Both the position numbers and the translations under genes were made by a program. Of a DNA stretch of 58,654 nt, positions 26,601 through 39,239 are shown piece by piece. The first letter of the stretch is position 1, and every line of letters starts with the position of its first letter. Source of the stretch: Girardia tigrina (Eukaryota); the NCBI GenBank assembly GCA_001938485.1, contig MQRK01182744.1:2648-61301 (forward strand), read 5' to 3'. The notes below the pieces were generated by a model, which was given only the letters and a program-made list of their open reading frames with translations, did no database searches and was not told the origin of the DNA.

Positions 26601-29600
26601 CACAAGCATAATTTCCTTTTGCATCGACACAATTTTCTCAGCGAATAACGAGGTTTTTGAAGACATTTTTGAAGAATTCTGGAGGCTTTTCTCCCAGAAA
26701 ACTCTCCACAGCGGCGCTCAAATCATGTTTGTTGGCAAACGCCTGGCCACGCAAATGCTTCCTAATATGGTTAAACAGGAAAATTCGTGGCTGTATAGTG
26801 GATGCAAGAGTAAATTGAGCTCGCAACGCTCAATTGTGGCTATGGAAACGGTGCAAGTGTGGGTCGGAGCATTATCCTATAAAAAAGAGATCACACTCAG
26901 CTCTTGCGTCGTGCATTCCTTGCTTTCTACGGGATGGTGGAATAGTAAGAACTATTGAAATTCACGCCGGATTCAGTAAAGTCAGGCATAATAATGCCAT
27001 TAGCATCCCAAAACACAGACAGCATGAGAGCCTTTTGGTCGCAAGTTAAGGACCGCATTTTCAGTGAGCTGCTTTCTCTTGGTGGTTTCCATTCTTGCGA
27101 CTCTCTTTTAGATTCGTAGACATGAAGGGATAATGGTGTCTCGTCCACAGTGATGATATTATTAATGAAACTGTCTCTAACATTGATCCTGATCTGTAGA
27201 TTCTCCAAGAAGAATTCCAACCAAACGTCGTTGTCACATTTCCACCGCTAAGAAGCGTGGTAAAAAAAGGAACATAGTTTTCGAATACCACTTTCATTGA
27301 TGAGAGTATTCAGAGTGCTTTTGCTCACATTTAGACTAGTTGTGCGCTCTCTTGTCGTTATTATTCTCTCGTTTTGCACGATTATCTGCAGATTTTGCGC
27401 TAGTTTTTCATCAATTACCAAGGGTCTTCCAGATCTTTCTTCGTCCACCACGGAGGTTTTTCCACTCTGATATTAATTGAACCAACGATAAATTGTTTCT
27501 GTGGAAGACCACTCTTGTTGGTAAACATCTTTCAGTTCAGAAAGAACCTCTACTTTATTTTTCCTTTCAGAAAGAGAAGGCGAATAGCGCTACGGTATTG
27601 AATAGTTTCCAGTGGCATGTTAAGAATATTCGCAAAAATTGACTTACACAATAATAGATTATTAAAAAATAAATTTTCTTAACCTGTATATATTGATGTT
27701 TAAATATGTCTGTATCAATTTTTACTATTATTATTTCTATATTAGTCTCACGACTTATTGAGCACACCACGTACATTACGAATTGGAATTAGCCTTAATT
27801 AATGATTGAAAAGGTTAAGAATGTCTTCCATTATTTTTAGCACATTCTATGCATAATTTAATGAAATTTTAGAAGAATCTTTAAAGGTGTCATGGTCATT
27901 TTAAAGAACTTTATAGGAAATTTTAGTATTTTAGTTTTTCTATTGTTAAGGGTTATCTTTTGGAACAAGTCTTATCCTTCAATGTACCCCACACAAAATA
28001 GTCACAACTGGATAAAACTATACATCTGACGAGTCAACGTAATTCTGTTAAACATGAAATTCGATTTTCTGGAAAGTTTTTTACAAGCCAATTGCTTACT
28101 TTAATTGTAAAACGAGAGGAAGTTGAAACTGGGCTGAGACGGATTGAGTCGTTTGAGGGAGAACTTGATCATTAAGCAGTGATATATATTGTTTTGAAGT
28201 TAGGGTCCATATATGCACACTATGCTTGTCTTTGAAAAAGATTATTTTTGTACATTTATTGCAGCTAATTTTAAAACGTAATCCGAGTAAAGTGTCTTTC
28301 CGAAATAATTCGTATCTATAGATTTTTTTCCCCTAAACTTCATGCTTTGTTTTTTTGCGTACCCATTAACATGTATATCGGCCGCAAAGGTTATCTAGAG
28401 TTTTTTTCAGAAAATGTTAGTCAGCTGTGTCTAGATCAAAGCACGGACACAGAACAAACTACACAGTATTAAATCCGACTCATTTAACTCAAAGAACATC
28501 TGAATTTTATGAGCTTTGAATTCCTTTATGTGCAGGATTTTCGGAATTGAGTGGGGATTAATATATCATTTTCAGGCTGTCTTGAATGTATTCTGTGTTA
28601 GATCAGCTGTGAATTTCCGAATAAGTATGTTCTGTACGTACGTTATTCAGGCACGATTTTCGCCCGCATTTTGTTAGCGGATTTTCAACTTTACTAGTTC
28701 TTCAAATTTTACAAGAATGTCCTTGATAACATTGTCACAGTTTTCCGAATTGGTTAAAAAACCTCTCCCAAAGATCAGAAATACTATCGTTACCTTGACA
28801 GTTTATTTTGCAGGATTTATAATTTAACAGCAAAAACTCTATTTCATCTTTCAGGAGAAGCAGTCCTGTACTTCAGTAATTCTTGTATTCACGAGTGCAT
28901 TTTTTATTTGTTGAAAAAAATCTCTGTTTTGTAAAATATGGGTGTAATATTATATGTCCCTCTTCTTGTCTTGTTCGTACATTCCAAATTTCAATCTGGA
29001 AAACTGGATTGTCTGCATCTCTTCTACTTCTTCAACCTAAATAAATTCAGTACTCAAAATTTTAATATTATGCTTATAATTTAAATAATTTTTAATTTAG
29101 CTATTAAAGTCACTAGTGTCGCTATTTTAACCGGATAACTTTTATTTTTGATTTTTTCTTGTAGTACCTCAAGTCTCCATATTCAAACATTGGCAATACT
29201 CCTGACAACCATTGAAGCATCAGGTTTGTGAGACACTGAAGAATCAGAAATTATAAACCTCAAAAAACCTTATATTTTCCTGATTTTTTAATTATTCTTG
29301 TTGGGTTCTTGATCAAAATTATATTTCATTAACACCAAATTTTATTTCCATAACAATAACAATTATTTAAACATTTTTTGAGGGACTTTTCTTTTGTTTT
29401 CTTTTTTTGACCAGATTAATTATACATAAAAATACTGGATAATACTGATAATAATACTGATAACTTATTTATTAAAACGTTAATTAAAATTGAATTTATT
29501 TTTTGATTACGTTAATTTATATATTACGATTTTATTATTTTATAAAAATATTCAAAATACATTATAAAAATCCAAATAATAACTGTTTTATTTTAAGTCA

Positions 29601-32600
29601 TTTTTAAACGTATTTTGCAACAATTTTTAGTAATCTAAAATTATTTAAATATTGTTATTTCAATATTATTTATCTAAAACCAGTTAACTTAAATATAATT
29701 TTAGATCTTTTATAATATTTGAATGGTACATCTACTGTTAAAATTAAATTTCTTAATATTTTATTCATCGTTAATTGGTTAAACATTCAATTATAATTAT
29801 TCTTTTAATACAAATTGATACTATTTCAATTTTAAATAAACATTATGATTTTTTTTGTTTTACAACTCAATTTTTTTAAAAAAAATATTTGATTATAGTT
29901 ATTTTTTTAATACAAATTTTGAGTTACAATTACTTGTTATAAATATTAAAATTTTTATTTAAAACCTAATTTTATTTACAATGTGAGTAACAAACATTGT
30001 AAATAAAATTAGGTTTTAAATAAAAATTTTAATATTTATAACAAGTAATTGTAACTCAAAATTTGTATTCAAAAAAATAACTATAATCAAATGTTTTTTT
30101 TAAAAAATTATTACTTATTTATTTATTACTTATTACTACTTATTTATTTCCCAAAAAGTCAAATTCTAATAAATTAAATTTTAATTACAATTTTTATTAT
30201 TAATCCGAAATATTTTTTTTAAATTTATATAAATAAATCATTTGAAATTATTTAATTATAAATATGATATTACAAATTAATTATTCAAAAATTTAAGTCA
30301 CAAAAACCCCTTACAATTCTGAAATGCTTGGTTAGCCTAATGGTGGACACCACCATCATCTGTTAATGTCTTAAATTTATTATATAAATAATTTATATAA
30401 TTGTCACTTATTTATTAATGCAATTACTTAATTAAAATTATAATTCTGAATTTTTCGATAAATTTGCTTGAATATTAACTTTAAGATCAAGTGATCCGAT
30501 CACTGAGTGATCACACAGATCTCAGTCTGACATTAATACATTTTATATATTGATAAATCTATAATGAATTTAACCAACAAATGCGAATTGGCGAACTTCC
30601 TTAGGGAGCATCCATTAAGGACGTCCCCTTCTAAGGGGGGGAGGGGGTAACCACAAGGGGGACATTTGGGGACAATATGGAGGGGGGTCCAATTGTTAAT
30701 GGGACATCCTCCAGCTGCGCCTTTCATTAAAATCTAAAGATAAATTTCAGCTATCGTTTATCTTGTCATTTTTGTAAGATTTTCTGTTAGAGATTGATGT
30801 AATACTCAAAACCCCTGTTATCTGAATTCAATTTTCCCAATTCTCTTAGTAGAGTTGCAGCCTCCTACAACCCTACACTCCTTTATTATTAGAATACTGA
30901 GGATGTGAAAATACCATCTTCAGCCGCATTCGTTCACGGGGACATGTGAAATACAAGTCCTAGGGGATGTCACCCGGGGGGGTGTCTTATAAAAAGGGAC
31001 ATAAAGGGACAAGAGGGGAGGGATCAAAGTATGCTTATTTTTTATAGGACGTCCTTGATGGATGCTCCCTTATATCAAGTCCTTTAAATAATAATTAAAG
31101 GTAAAGTAATATAAATAATAAACTAATTAAAGTGCATTAATATAATTATTATAATTCGTGAAAGAACAAAACATGTATTTACACGAGGGAATAATCACAC
31201 TGTAGACGAATAATATGTATAAAATTAGAACGGGAATCTTTCGAATTTTGTCTAAAAACAAGATAAATACATAAAAGTGGGGCAGCTAAATATATAATAG
31301 GCGGTCAATTCTGGAATCTCAGACTGTTCGGAGAATGAAGATGTAGTTTGGTGGGATTATCTGATTTTCCAAGGGATCCGGATCTGGATTCGGTATATGG
31401 CTGGCGAATATAGCAAATAATTGATCAAATTGGTCTATTTTTGGTCTATTTTATGTTACAAAAAAAATTATGAGACCCTTATTATCTTCTTCACAGACCT
31501 TTCTTCCTTTACTACATGGTCTTGCACACTTTACCTATGTCATCAATGTTGCCGTCACATTAAAATATCCATTTAATAGTTTTTCGTTTATTTACTTCAT
31601 TAATTATTAATCAAACTGCTTTCATAAACATGAAATATTTTTAAGTTCAAATCTTCGACCATATGCTATTTTTAAGGGTCCGGTCGTACACATTTGTTTG
31701 AAAAGAAGTAAAAATGTTATGTTAGAAAAAATATTAAAATAACTGTAGATTTAATGCATATTTAATGATCTTTATTGTTTTTTGATGATTATCATTTAGA
31801 AACATTTTGATCTGGTATATATGTTAAGATTTACGAGGAAGGTCAATTAATGCTGGCATTATTTACCAACATTCATCCCATGTCTAATACCGAAAGTAGA
31901 ATGTCAAAAACCACAGAATCTAAATATTCAAAGCTAAGTCAACCAGCTCCAAGTGTTTGGAAACCAGCTTATCAAGAAGAACTTCAGCTCCTTGCATTAT
32001 CATCGTTAACAACTCTTATTCCAAAAATGCTTTCGAAATTTCAAGACCTCTGTGGAGTCAATCGGTTACTGATGCTTGTTGAATGGTGCATCAATGACGA
32101 TAGTAATTACCTTCTTTTGACAATCATATTTCGATAATGTCTAATTATTTTATAATTATATTTCATGTTCATTATTTCAGTCAGTTTTTCTGGAAATGGA
32201 AATAGTTTTCATGCTGCTGGCGGTCGTGGTAATAAATTAGCTCAGATGCGTTATTGTATGAGATTGATATTACGTATCGTCCGTGCTAACGATGAAATAG
32301 TTAATCAGGTTGAACAACTTTATTATGGGTATAGAATAAATTGATTGCATTTTCTTTAGGAATTTGTTGATGAAGGTTGTATCAGTTTGTTTATAGATAT
32401 CCTTAACAATGTCATAAAAAACAACGATTCAAATAGTGCCATTGACTTAGAAATTCAGTGTGATATGCTTTTTATTCTTGCGGCGTTGTGTGAAAGAGAT
32501 CCTCATCGGTTAGTTTCTAATTATATGTCTATCTAGTGATGACTTTATATTATTTATAATTTTATCTATTTACTTTATGATAATTACTCTATTCGTTAAA

Positions 32601-35600
32601 GCTTTGATAAGAGATACTTAATAGATCCAATAAATACGAAGATTAAAGTCACAAAAAGTTTATTTTACTAAATGCTTCTTTCCGTAGAATTAAAAGCCCC
32701 AACTTCTCGACCTTCATTTCCATTACTCTCAAATCCTCTTTGATTTCGAATATCTCGTCTAACTTACCAAGTTTGGTCCCAATATCTTTCAGTGACTCTA
32801 AATTCTCCAGTACTTTCAGGTACTTTTCTTCGTACTGGTCGTTGTCTTCGTATTTTCTCTTCACTTGCCTCTGTATCAAATAATTCATTTCTGAATCTAG
32901 TGAGAAGTACTATCTCGAACCGTTTACTCCTTAGATCTACCGGAAATGTTTTCTCTAAATCATCTATATCCATGCCTCTTTTTGGTCTCAGTAACAACTG
33001 TACAGTTACGTCCTTCTGGTTGTTGAAGTAACTCAATTCCTGTCCATCTTCCAATTGTTTGCCAGCAAATACTAATCTCTGCTGGTTCGCGAGAATCCTT
33101 TCTCTGTCTTGGATCTTTACTTTAACAATATGACTGCAGTAAAGAAATTGACTATCTTCAACGAGGCATTCATCACCCAAAACATCATCGTTCTCACAGT
33201 TTACTTGATATTTAAAAACCAATCTCTTTTTGGTGAACTTTTTTTAGATACGACTCTAGCATGACCACAGGTCTCGCGACAATCTCATTATTATTGACCA
33301 TTTCACTACCCATACCCAGCATTGACTTCGCAACATTGACGTCGGACTATTCAATTGGCAGAAATAACACTGTCTAGTTTCGTTTCTGAAACTTTACTCC
33401 CTTGTCTATGTCACTAAACACCTGGTCCTCCACTCGGAACACTATCGACTTCAGTGGATTGTCTTTACCGCTATATTCACTGAACATCAACCCATATGCT
33501 CCTACGTTCCTGGCGATTAACTCACACAAATAAATCGAAAATTCAAACACATCTTTCTGCTGTTTCGTCTAAAAATCCTTATGATTCCTTCCAAGGACCA
33601 ATTGCATGAAATGCGGTGTTACTCCTGGCATCTCCTACATTCTGCTCTTGAGGTGCTTTTACTTGAAATTAAAAGTTGATCATAAGCATCCGAGTTTCGC
33701 CATGTGTATACGTAATTATGTCAGATAATCTATCACTGTAGAATCACTCGCCATAGAGGCGTCACGTTGATCAGCGTTATAGTTCAAGAATTGATCTGTT
33801 GAAAATGCCGCCTGCTTCCTGGAATTATTATAACACAAATCACCGGACTTAATAATCACAGTTAATTTTGGCCCTAACAATCGCTTCCCCCATATCGCAA
33901 TAAAGGACGGAGGGTATCCCGAATTTTTATAGATATTATTACATAAAAAATAATTATATTTATTATAGTTAAAAATAATACACCTTACATCAAATAACGA
34001 TGTCCAAACACTGGTGGTCGGCCAATTGCGGCAACCACGATCTGCTGCCAATGTTTGAGTCTGGAGGGGGGTATTAGCACAAAAGTATAAATCCCAAATT
34101 TCAGAAATAAAGATCTTATTTTTATATCACTAATGAAACAATGTTTAACATAATAATCTATTTTTTATTTAGGAAAGAATTATTTGGCCAAGATGGTGTC
34201 AATGTTTGTATAGGATTTTTGAAGAACTGTTTTAAACTTTCAAAGAAAAGTTTTCAAGATCAATTAGTTTCGTATGAGCCGAATCCGGCTGAGTCCAACG
34301 GTTGGCAGAAGTTGATCATCGCTGTCATTGATGCGATTTGGGCTTGTATCATCGGTTGTTATGCCACCGAGCACATATTCCTCGATCAAGATGGGACATT
34401 TATGATTCTAGATATGCTTGAAGTATTTCCGCATTTATTGTAACGAATATTTTTAAAGATAAAACTAGATCTTACCCAGTGAATTATATCCGCAAGTACT
34501 TGGCTGTCTAGTAGATTTAAGTGAGAATGCCAAAGCATTAAGTCATTTAAGTGCATGGCGGGGTACGATGCTTAAAGACAAAGATCAGAATCTATTATCC
34601 ATAAAAGACACTCAAGTCCAGACTAATATTGCTCATCTACTTTGTAGAATATGGCGAGAAGAAGAAATTCGAATTGATGTTGAACGAGGGGAATATTCCA
34701 ATTTATTAGGTTGATTAATAATACATTTGGAATATTTTCGGATTTAAAACTTTAGATATTGACAGTCCATTAATGGGATCAGAACAGAAAAAAGATTTGG
34801 TTGTTCCTAGTTTACCAGCAGATCAACCCAGTCGATCGATTCTTGAAGTAAGTGAAAGTCTCAGATCCAATATATATTCTCTTCTCTCGCGTTTGGGATA
34901 CTTGGATCATCCTGGATTAAGGATCGAAGATCATGTTACTTTGACTATTATTGAGAGCTACTTGGAATTTAAGGTTTTACAGCTTATTTTAAGGTAAAAC
35001 TCAAAAATAATTTTTGTCTCAGATGGGTGAAGTATGGATGGAAATACAGAAAGAACTTGCAGGAGAAAATATTAGACCAATTTCGCCGGATGTTGAAGCC
35101 TTAGAATGGATTTCCCGTTGTATTGAGCAAGAAGGACTTCGAGTTTGCAAAATACAAGAAGAATTAGTTGAAGCTATGAACTCTCAGGAAAAGATGGAAG
35201 AAATAGAATTTTATAATCAAGTTTGTTTTTTTATGAAATTTTTAAATTCTGTGTTTATTTGTACTTGGAGCACGCTTTAATTAATGATCATGGTAAGGAT
35301 GTGTTACTTAGAGGGATATCTTGTAGAGAGTTTGTGAGATACATATACGTATATTTAGCAATATAACTAGTAATTGCGTTTCATTTATATGATTCCCTTA
35401 TGGGAAACGACTTTTTCGAAACAAAATATCACAATAATGAGGTAAGTTTAAAAAAGTGCTTGATCCAAAAAGATGCCTAGGTTTCCTTTCGACCAGTTTA
35501 TCAGTCCTGCAGTGGCCAAGTAGATAAGTAATAATATTCTAACAACATCGTAAAAAAGATGTGACATTTAAAGTAACATTAGGATTATTATTTGTGATTT

Positions 35601-37835
35601 GAGGCCATTCTTCTTAACTGTAATAAAATATTTTACATTGGTTCATTCTTCTAATTATTGTGCTGTTGTATTCATAATTTCGTCAAGATTTTATATGAAT
35701 TTTATATGAAAACAGAGTCGTATGTATAGGTGAAAATATTACTAACACGTTGACGTAAACGATAAAGTTCCATAGCTTCTTATGCGGATTAAATCAACAT
35801 AATCAGTTGAAAGTGGCAATGGTAGATCGCAAGTCTTCCTTGCATTGTGACTATCAGATTCTCAAGTATGAAATTTGTAGGCATGATTACAATAAATTCA
35901 AGTAGTTATAATTTCACAATGACATAACATTTTGTTGCTCAGTTATTACTTTGATCGCTACATATCTTGGCTATTGAACACATAAATAAAAATTAATTAA
36001 AATTATCGATAACTTGTTTTAATAATATTTTAAAAAATAGATAAGGTTGAAATATGATCTATTATGAAGTACGAGTTCCTATGTAGAACCTCAAAATCAG
36101 CGATTCGTGAAAGGTAATTTAAACCTCAATAATGAGTCTCGCAGTCGCTCAGGAACGAAGGTAGACAATGACGAACATAAAGTAACCGTGGAGTAGGATC
36201 CATCGCAATGTGCTCATGATTGATCGCTAACGTTTGCTGTTACAAAGCAAACAATATTGAATTATTAGTCTTAAATTGGTAAAGTAAAAAATTTAGATAA
36301 ATGGATTTCCTCATGAGTTGAATGGAAACCAGAAACAAAAGCATTTGAATGCTTGCTTGATGATGCTTTCTCGTTATAAATTTAATCACTTTTGAATCGA
36401 ATCGTCACTTGTGATGAATGGCAGATACTTGAGTCGGAACGTCTGCATTATCCCCCATACTCACTAGACCTAGTCCCTTCTGACTATTATTTCTTCGTCA
36501 ATTTAAACAAATTTTTGGTAGGAAAGAAATTCTATTTCGAAGATGTATTAAAAATGGTCTTCCAGTAATTTATAGATTCTCGCCAACCACATTTTTATTC
36601 AAATAGCCTCAACAAGCTGCCGCTCAAATAGCAAAAGTGTCGATAATATGGGCGCATACTTTGATGAATGACATAAATATTTGTATTGGTAAATTATCAA
36701 TTAACTCTGATATTAGTTCTACAAATTTCATACTTGACGAACTAATATTAAATGACGCCGAAAATGATTTACTACATTTTTAATTTGAGGCTTGTCTGAA
36801 CTAGGCTTCGTCTAGTCCCTTATTATGTGCATCTTGATTTATCCTCCAGCATTTTAGGCTTTCATGCAGTTAAATTTTGTGATCCTAAATGATTTTTTAT
36901 TGTTTTTTAGTATAATTTTGCTTATTTTCCTATTAGGTCTCATATTCGGGGTATTTTTTTATAACAATTGAGTTCGTTTTTCCCCAGTATCATTACTCTT
37001 GTCTGAGCATGTACCGGAAAGTTTTTGATTTAAAACTCCAAAGCTTTTCAAACAATGGCGTCCTTGATCTTTTAACCTAATTTCACATATTTCCTTTTAA
37101 CGATTTCTGTGTTGAATTCCGGTGTTTTTAATCCGGTACATAATTGTTTGGTGATATAATCTGTAACCTTCAAGCTATGCAGATAGATCAACAAAGCAGT
37201 GTATTTTGGGGGTAATGCTATTTGTAAGGGTTTAGTGTTTAGAATCAGTAATTTGTTAAGTTAAATGATGTATCACGACAATATAATTGTCTCAAATATA
37301 TTGTCACTAAAAATTCTTTGTAAAAATTGTTTAAAATAAGCCTTAATAAAATGGGATGGATCTATGTATAGTAATAACGGTTTTAAATCAAAATTGATAA
37401 ATATTAAAATGAGAATTGTTTATTTTACCAAGAATTAATTGATATAATAGTTAAGAGAAAATCATAGACAAAAGGAAAAGAATATTCAACACTTCCAAGA
37501 ATTCGTGGAAAGAACGTCCAACCATGAGAAACTGAAACAGGCTAAACAAAACCAATCCGTGAACATTGAGGCATCGAGAATAAAGCTAAAGAATCCAGAC
37601 AAATCAACTGTGTTCCATAAAACAGATATTGATAACATAAATGTTACAGTATGACTATAATGATTGTTATGATTATTATGATGATAATTATTAGAAATTC
37701 TGTGCTGAATGTATACAAATTGATTCTACTCCCTTGCACATTCTGGGAGGCGCTGAAAACGCCAAGGAAATGGTCGGAAGTGTGATCATTAAACCTAATG
37801 TGACACTCCCACTAAAGGATTCGTTGATTCTTTGA
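14661..37835 (+). CDS. CFAP69: Cilia- and flagella-associated protein 69 (ARM-repeat), 19 exons, about 981 aa
   Basis: GT-AG exons, phase-consistent, 2946 nt in total: 14661-14768, 16519-16575, 16631-16696, 18878-19067, 19120-19218, 19676-19749, 19805-19883, 22372-22538, 25849-26035, 26078-26199, 31829-32102, 32181-32308, 32360-32508, 34173-34422, 34469-34709, 34756-34973, 35023-35220, 37451-37648, 37695-37835. Recognised CFAP69 motifs: [89 protein letters not shown] follows the stop. Confidence 0.93.
15460..16050 (-). mobile_element. MULE (Mutator-like) transposase C-terminal remnant, partly duplicated
   Basis: FSPKTWSVY...[13 protein letters not shown]...[15 protein letters not shown] (RTNN..E..H...HP.IW.F motif). 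A second partial copy lies at about 15460-15520. Confidence 0.7.
16924..18433 (-). mobile_element. Internally deleted hAT (Buster/Charlie-type) transposon
   Basis: TIR CAGGGGTGGGCA / TGCCCACCCCTG; 8-bp TSD AAATAGAA (16916-16923, 18434-18441). Transposase dimerisation-domain remnant [21 protein letters not shown] at about 17940-18380 (-). Confidence 0.9.
17127..17735 (-). CDS. C2H2 zinc-finger ORF (202 aa) carried inside the hAT element
   Basis: Two intact C-x4-C...H-x4-H fingers (CMYSSC...HTKNVH; CPMENC...HLLIDH) and one degenerate finger (CPFTHY...HGTMYH). Stop-free ATG-initiated ORF; expression unknown. Confidence 0.5.
   Translation of the reverse strand: MIEQRKKYTKMLQSHIKRVQCMYSSCFKSFAEQRELRRHTKNVHTVMTPQHQIGDKPFQCPMENCHKTYKTDGWLKRHLLIDHRTQGSTSGTTASQNKANEGCTKSSNVIAMHDVSVPLNGTAETDPGVIPRVVLDFRLSNTNDVGIFLCPFTHYTKSIYAAKALQNHGTMYHDWSFLTGKPKRVRALKPRILASKAVRESQ
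20182..20932. mobile_element. Possible solo LTR
   Basis: Starts TGTAGTGA and ends ...TCACTGA, with TATA-like and AATAAA motifs inside. No matching TSD found. Confidence 0.35.
22817..23456. mobile_element. Pogo/Tigger-like (Tc1/mariner superfamily) MITE
   Basis: TA|CAGTGAAAGCCGCTTAATAGGACCAC ... GTGGTCCTATTAAGCGGCTTACACTG|TA, with repeated subterminal CTTAATAGGACCA motifs. Confidence 0.9.
23580..24590 (+). mobile_element. Decayed mariner
   Basis: HTH-like start, [17 protein letters not shown], and ...DLAPSDFIF motif. Many frameshifts. Confidence 0.7.
24780..25700 (+). mobile_element. Decayed mariner
   Basis: Remnants ...[19 protein letters not shown]; related to the 26548-27771 family. Confidence 0.55.
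26548..27771 (-). mobile_element. Near full-length mariner transposon (pseudogenised transposase)
   Basis: TA-flanked TIRs CGTAGTGCACCCAATATGTCGTGAGACTAAT / ATTAGTCTCACGACTTATTGAGCACACCACG. Motifs [39 protein letters not shown]. Confidence 0.92.
29869..30109. repeat. Near-perfect long inverted repeat (about 115-bp arms, 9-nt loop 29985-29993)
   Basis: ...TTTTATTTACAATGT-GAGTAACAA-ACATTGTAAATAAAA...; arms are complementary with only a few mismatches. Confidence 0.9.
30604..31069. mobile_element. PIF/Harbinger (Tourist-like) MITE
   Basis: TTA|GGGAGCATCCATTAAGGACGTCC ... GGACGTCCTTGATGGATGCTCCC|TTA; 3-bp TTA TSD. Confidence 0.9.
32649..33222 (-). pseudogene. Ubiquitin-like fragment (Ub residues about 26-76) fused to a coiled-coil ORF inside an intronic insertion
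   Basis: [51 protein letters not shown] (33126-32974) aligns to ubiquitin. It continues with MDIDDL... and is frameshifted into ORF 32649..32888. Confidence 0.75.
35853..36746 (+). mobile_element. Internally deleted mariner
   Basis: TIR-like CAAGTATGAAATTTGTAG / CTACAAATTTCATACTTG; motifs IVTCDEW and [16 protein letters not shown]. Confidence 0.85.
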
Positions 37836-38272
37836 CTTTATTTATATACAAAATAAAGAACAATTGAAAAAACTTTATTTTCAATAACAATAAATTCTTA
37901 AAAGAACGTCAATTCTGTAAAGTTTTTATTAATAATCATCTGTAATATGAAGATTTTTATATGAAATAAAATAATAATAATAATATTAATAATAATAATA
38001 AATGTTAGAGAATTGAGTGATCAGCTTTTGTGGACCAATAAATTTTATTTAAATCGTAAAAATAAAAATTGAATAAAGAATTTTACAAATATAATTTTTT
38101 ACTACCGAAATAATGGAATAATTGATGGATGATCGGGAAATAATGAAGGGGGAGTTATAATAAATTGTCGTGTTAAGAATTGATCAAATATATAAGTATA
38201 TATTGAGTATATATTAAGTATATATATATATACATATTTTTAATTTTTTTATTAAAGTAAAGTAAAGAAAAT

Positions 38273-38275
<3 letters not shown>

Positions 38276-38318
<43 letters not shown>
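38276..38318. repeat. (TA)n microsatellite
   Basis: Seen directly. Confidence 0.95.
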
Positions 38319-38323
<5 letters not shown>

Positions 38324-38475
38324 TTTGATAGTTATAATTAAAAAATTAAATTGTTGTTTCTGGAAAAAAATCATCAAAATGTAATTTGTTTAAATAATCA
38401 AAAATAAACAGTTGTGATTTAATTTCGCGTTTTCAATTTTTGAATATCATTAATAATTAGAATTAGCATTTTCTC

Positions 38476-39060
38476 ATGAGATTATTTTCTCCGACAAATC
38501 AAAAGCGATTTACAAATGTTTTCGATGTGAAACTAACCGTAAAAACCGATAGAAATCATCGTCGATTTGAAATAGCGTGTTTTCCGAATAAAGTGATAAC
38601 TCGGCGACAAAAACTTGAATATCAAATCAGTGAAACTCTGCAAAACGAGCTGATTTACACGAATGTGTCGAAAGCGGAAATCGCGAGCAAAGACAATTTG
38701 TGACTAGTAAAACGTTGAATCCGAGTACGAAACTATGCTTTCCACCGTGTGTGATAAAAAAGTGATTCACGATTGTCACATCAATTTGGAACCCAATAAA
38801 TCCGCAAAACAACAATCTCGACGTTATTCGAATGTTGATAAAGAAATTGAATGTTCCGATCGATCTCACTCTTTTATCTGACAAAATTATTGTGCCACAA
38901 AAACCAATTAAATCAATCAAATGAGGATTATTGAGTTATCGTGAAAATATTTTCTTTGATGTGCCGCAAGAGCACGATTTACAGATGGAGGCGATTTTCG
39001 AACCGGAAAATTATGATTTATTTAAATAAAATTTCAAAACGAAATGCACAATCGAATTAC
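38476..39060 (+). pseudogene. SBDS: SBDS (Sdo1) ribosome-maturation factor pseudogene, internally deleted
   Basis: MRLFSPTNQKRFTNV...RFEIACFPNKV...TNVSKAEIASKDNL*. A shifted frame then gives VTSKTLNPSTK...IHDCHINLEPNKSAKQQ..LDVIR (SBDS domain 2). About 40 aa are missing between the two, and there are further frameshifts. Confidence 0.85.
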
Positions 39061-39239
39061 AAAAAAATGCAACAACAAATCGTGACGGTATATGCACTAA
39101 AAATGGATTGTTTTTATTATTAATTCGTTGAAACTAAAAATATTTTTGAAATATAAATTTTAAAAATGTATAAATTTATAAATATAAAAATAAATTTGTT
39201 TTAAATAACTACAACAAATATATTAACTTTGAATATCAT

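Noticed and set aside
27800-29400. Decayed coding-like block on the - strand (possible gag remnant)
   Set aside because: Too many stops and no motif I can assign confidently.
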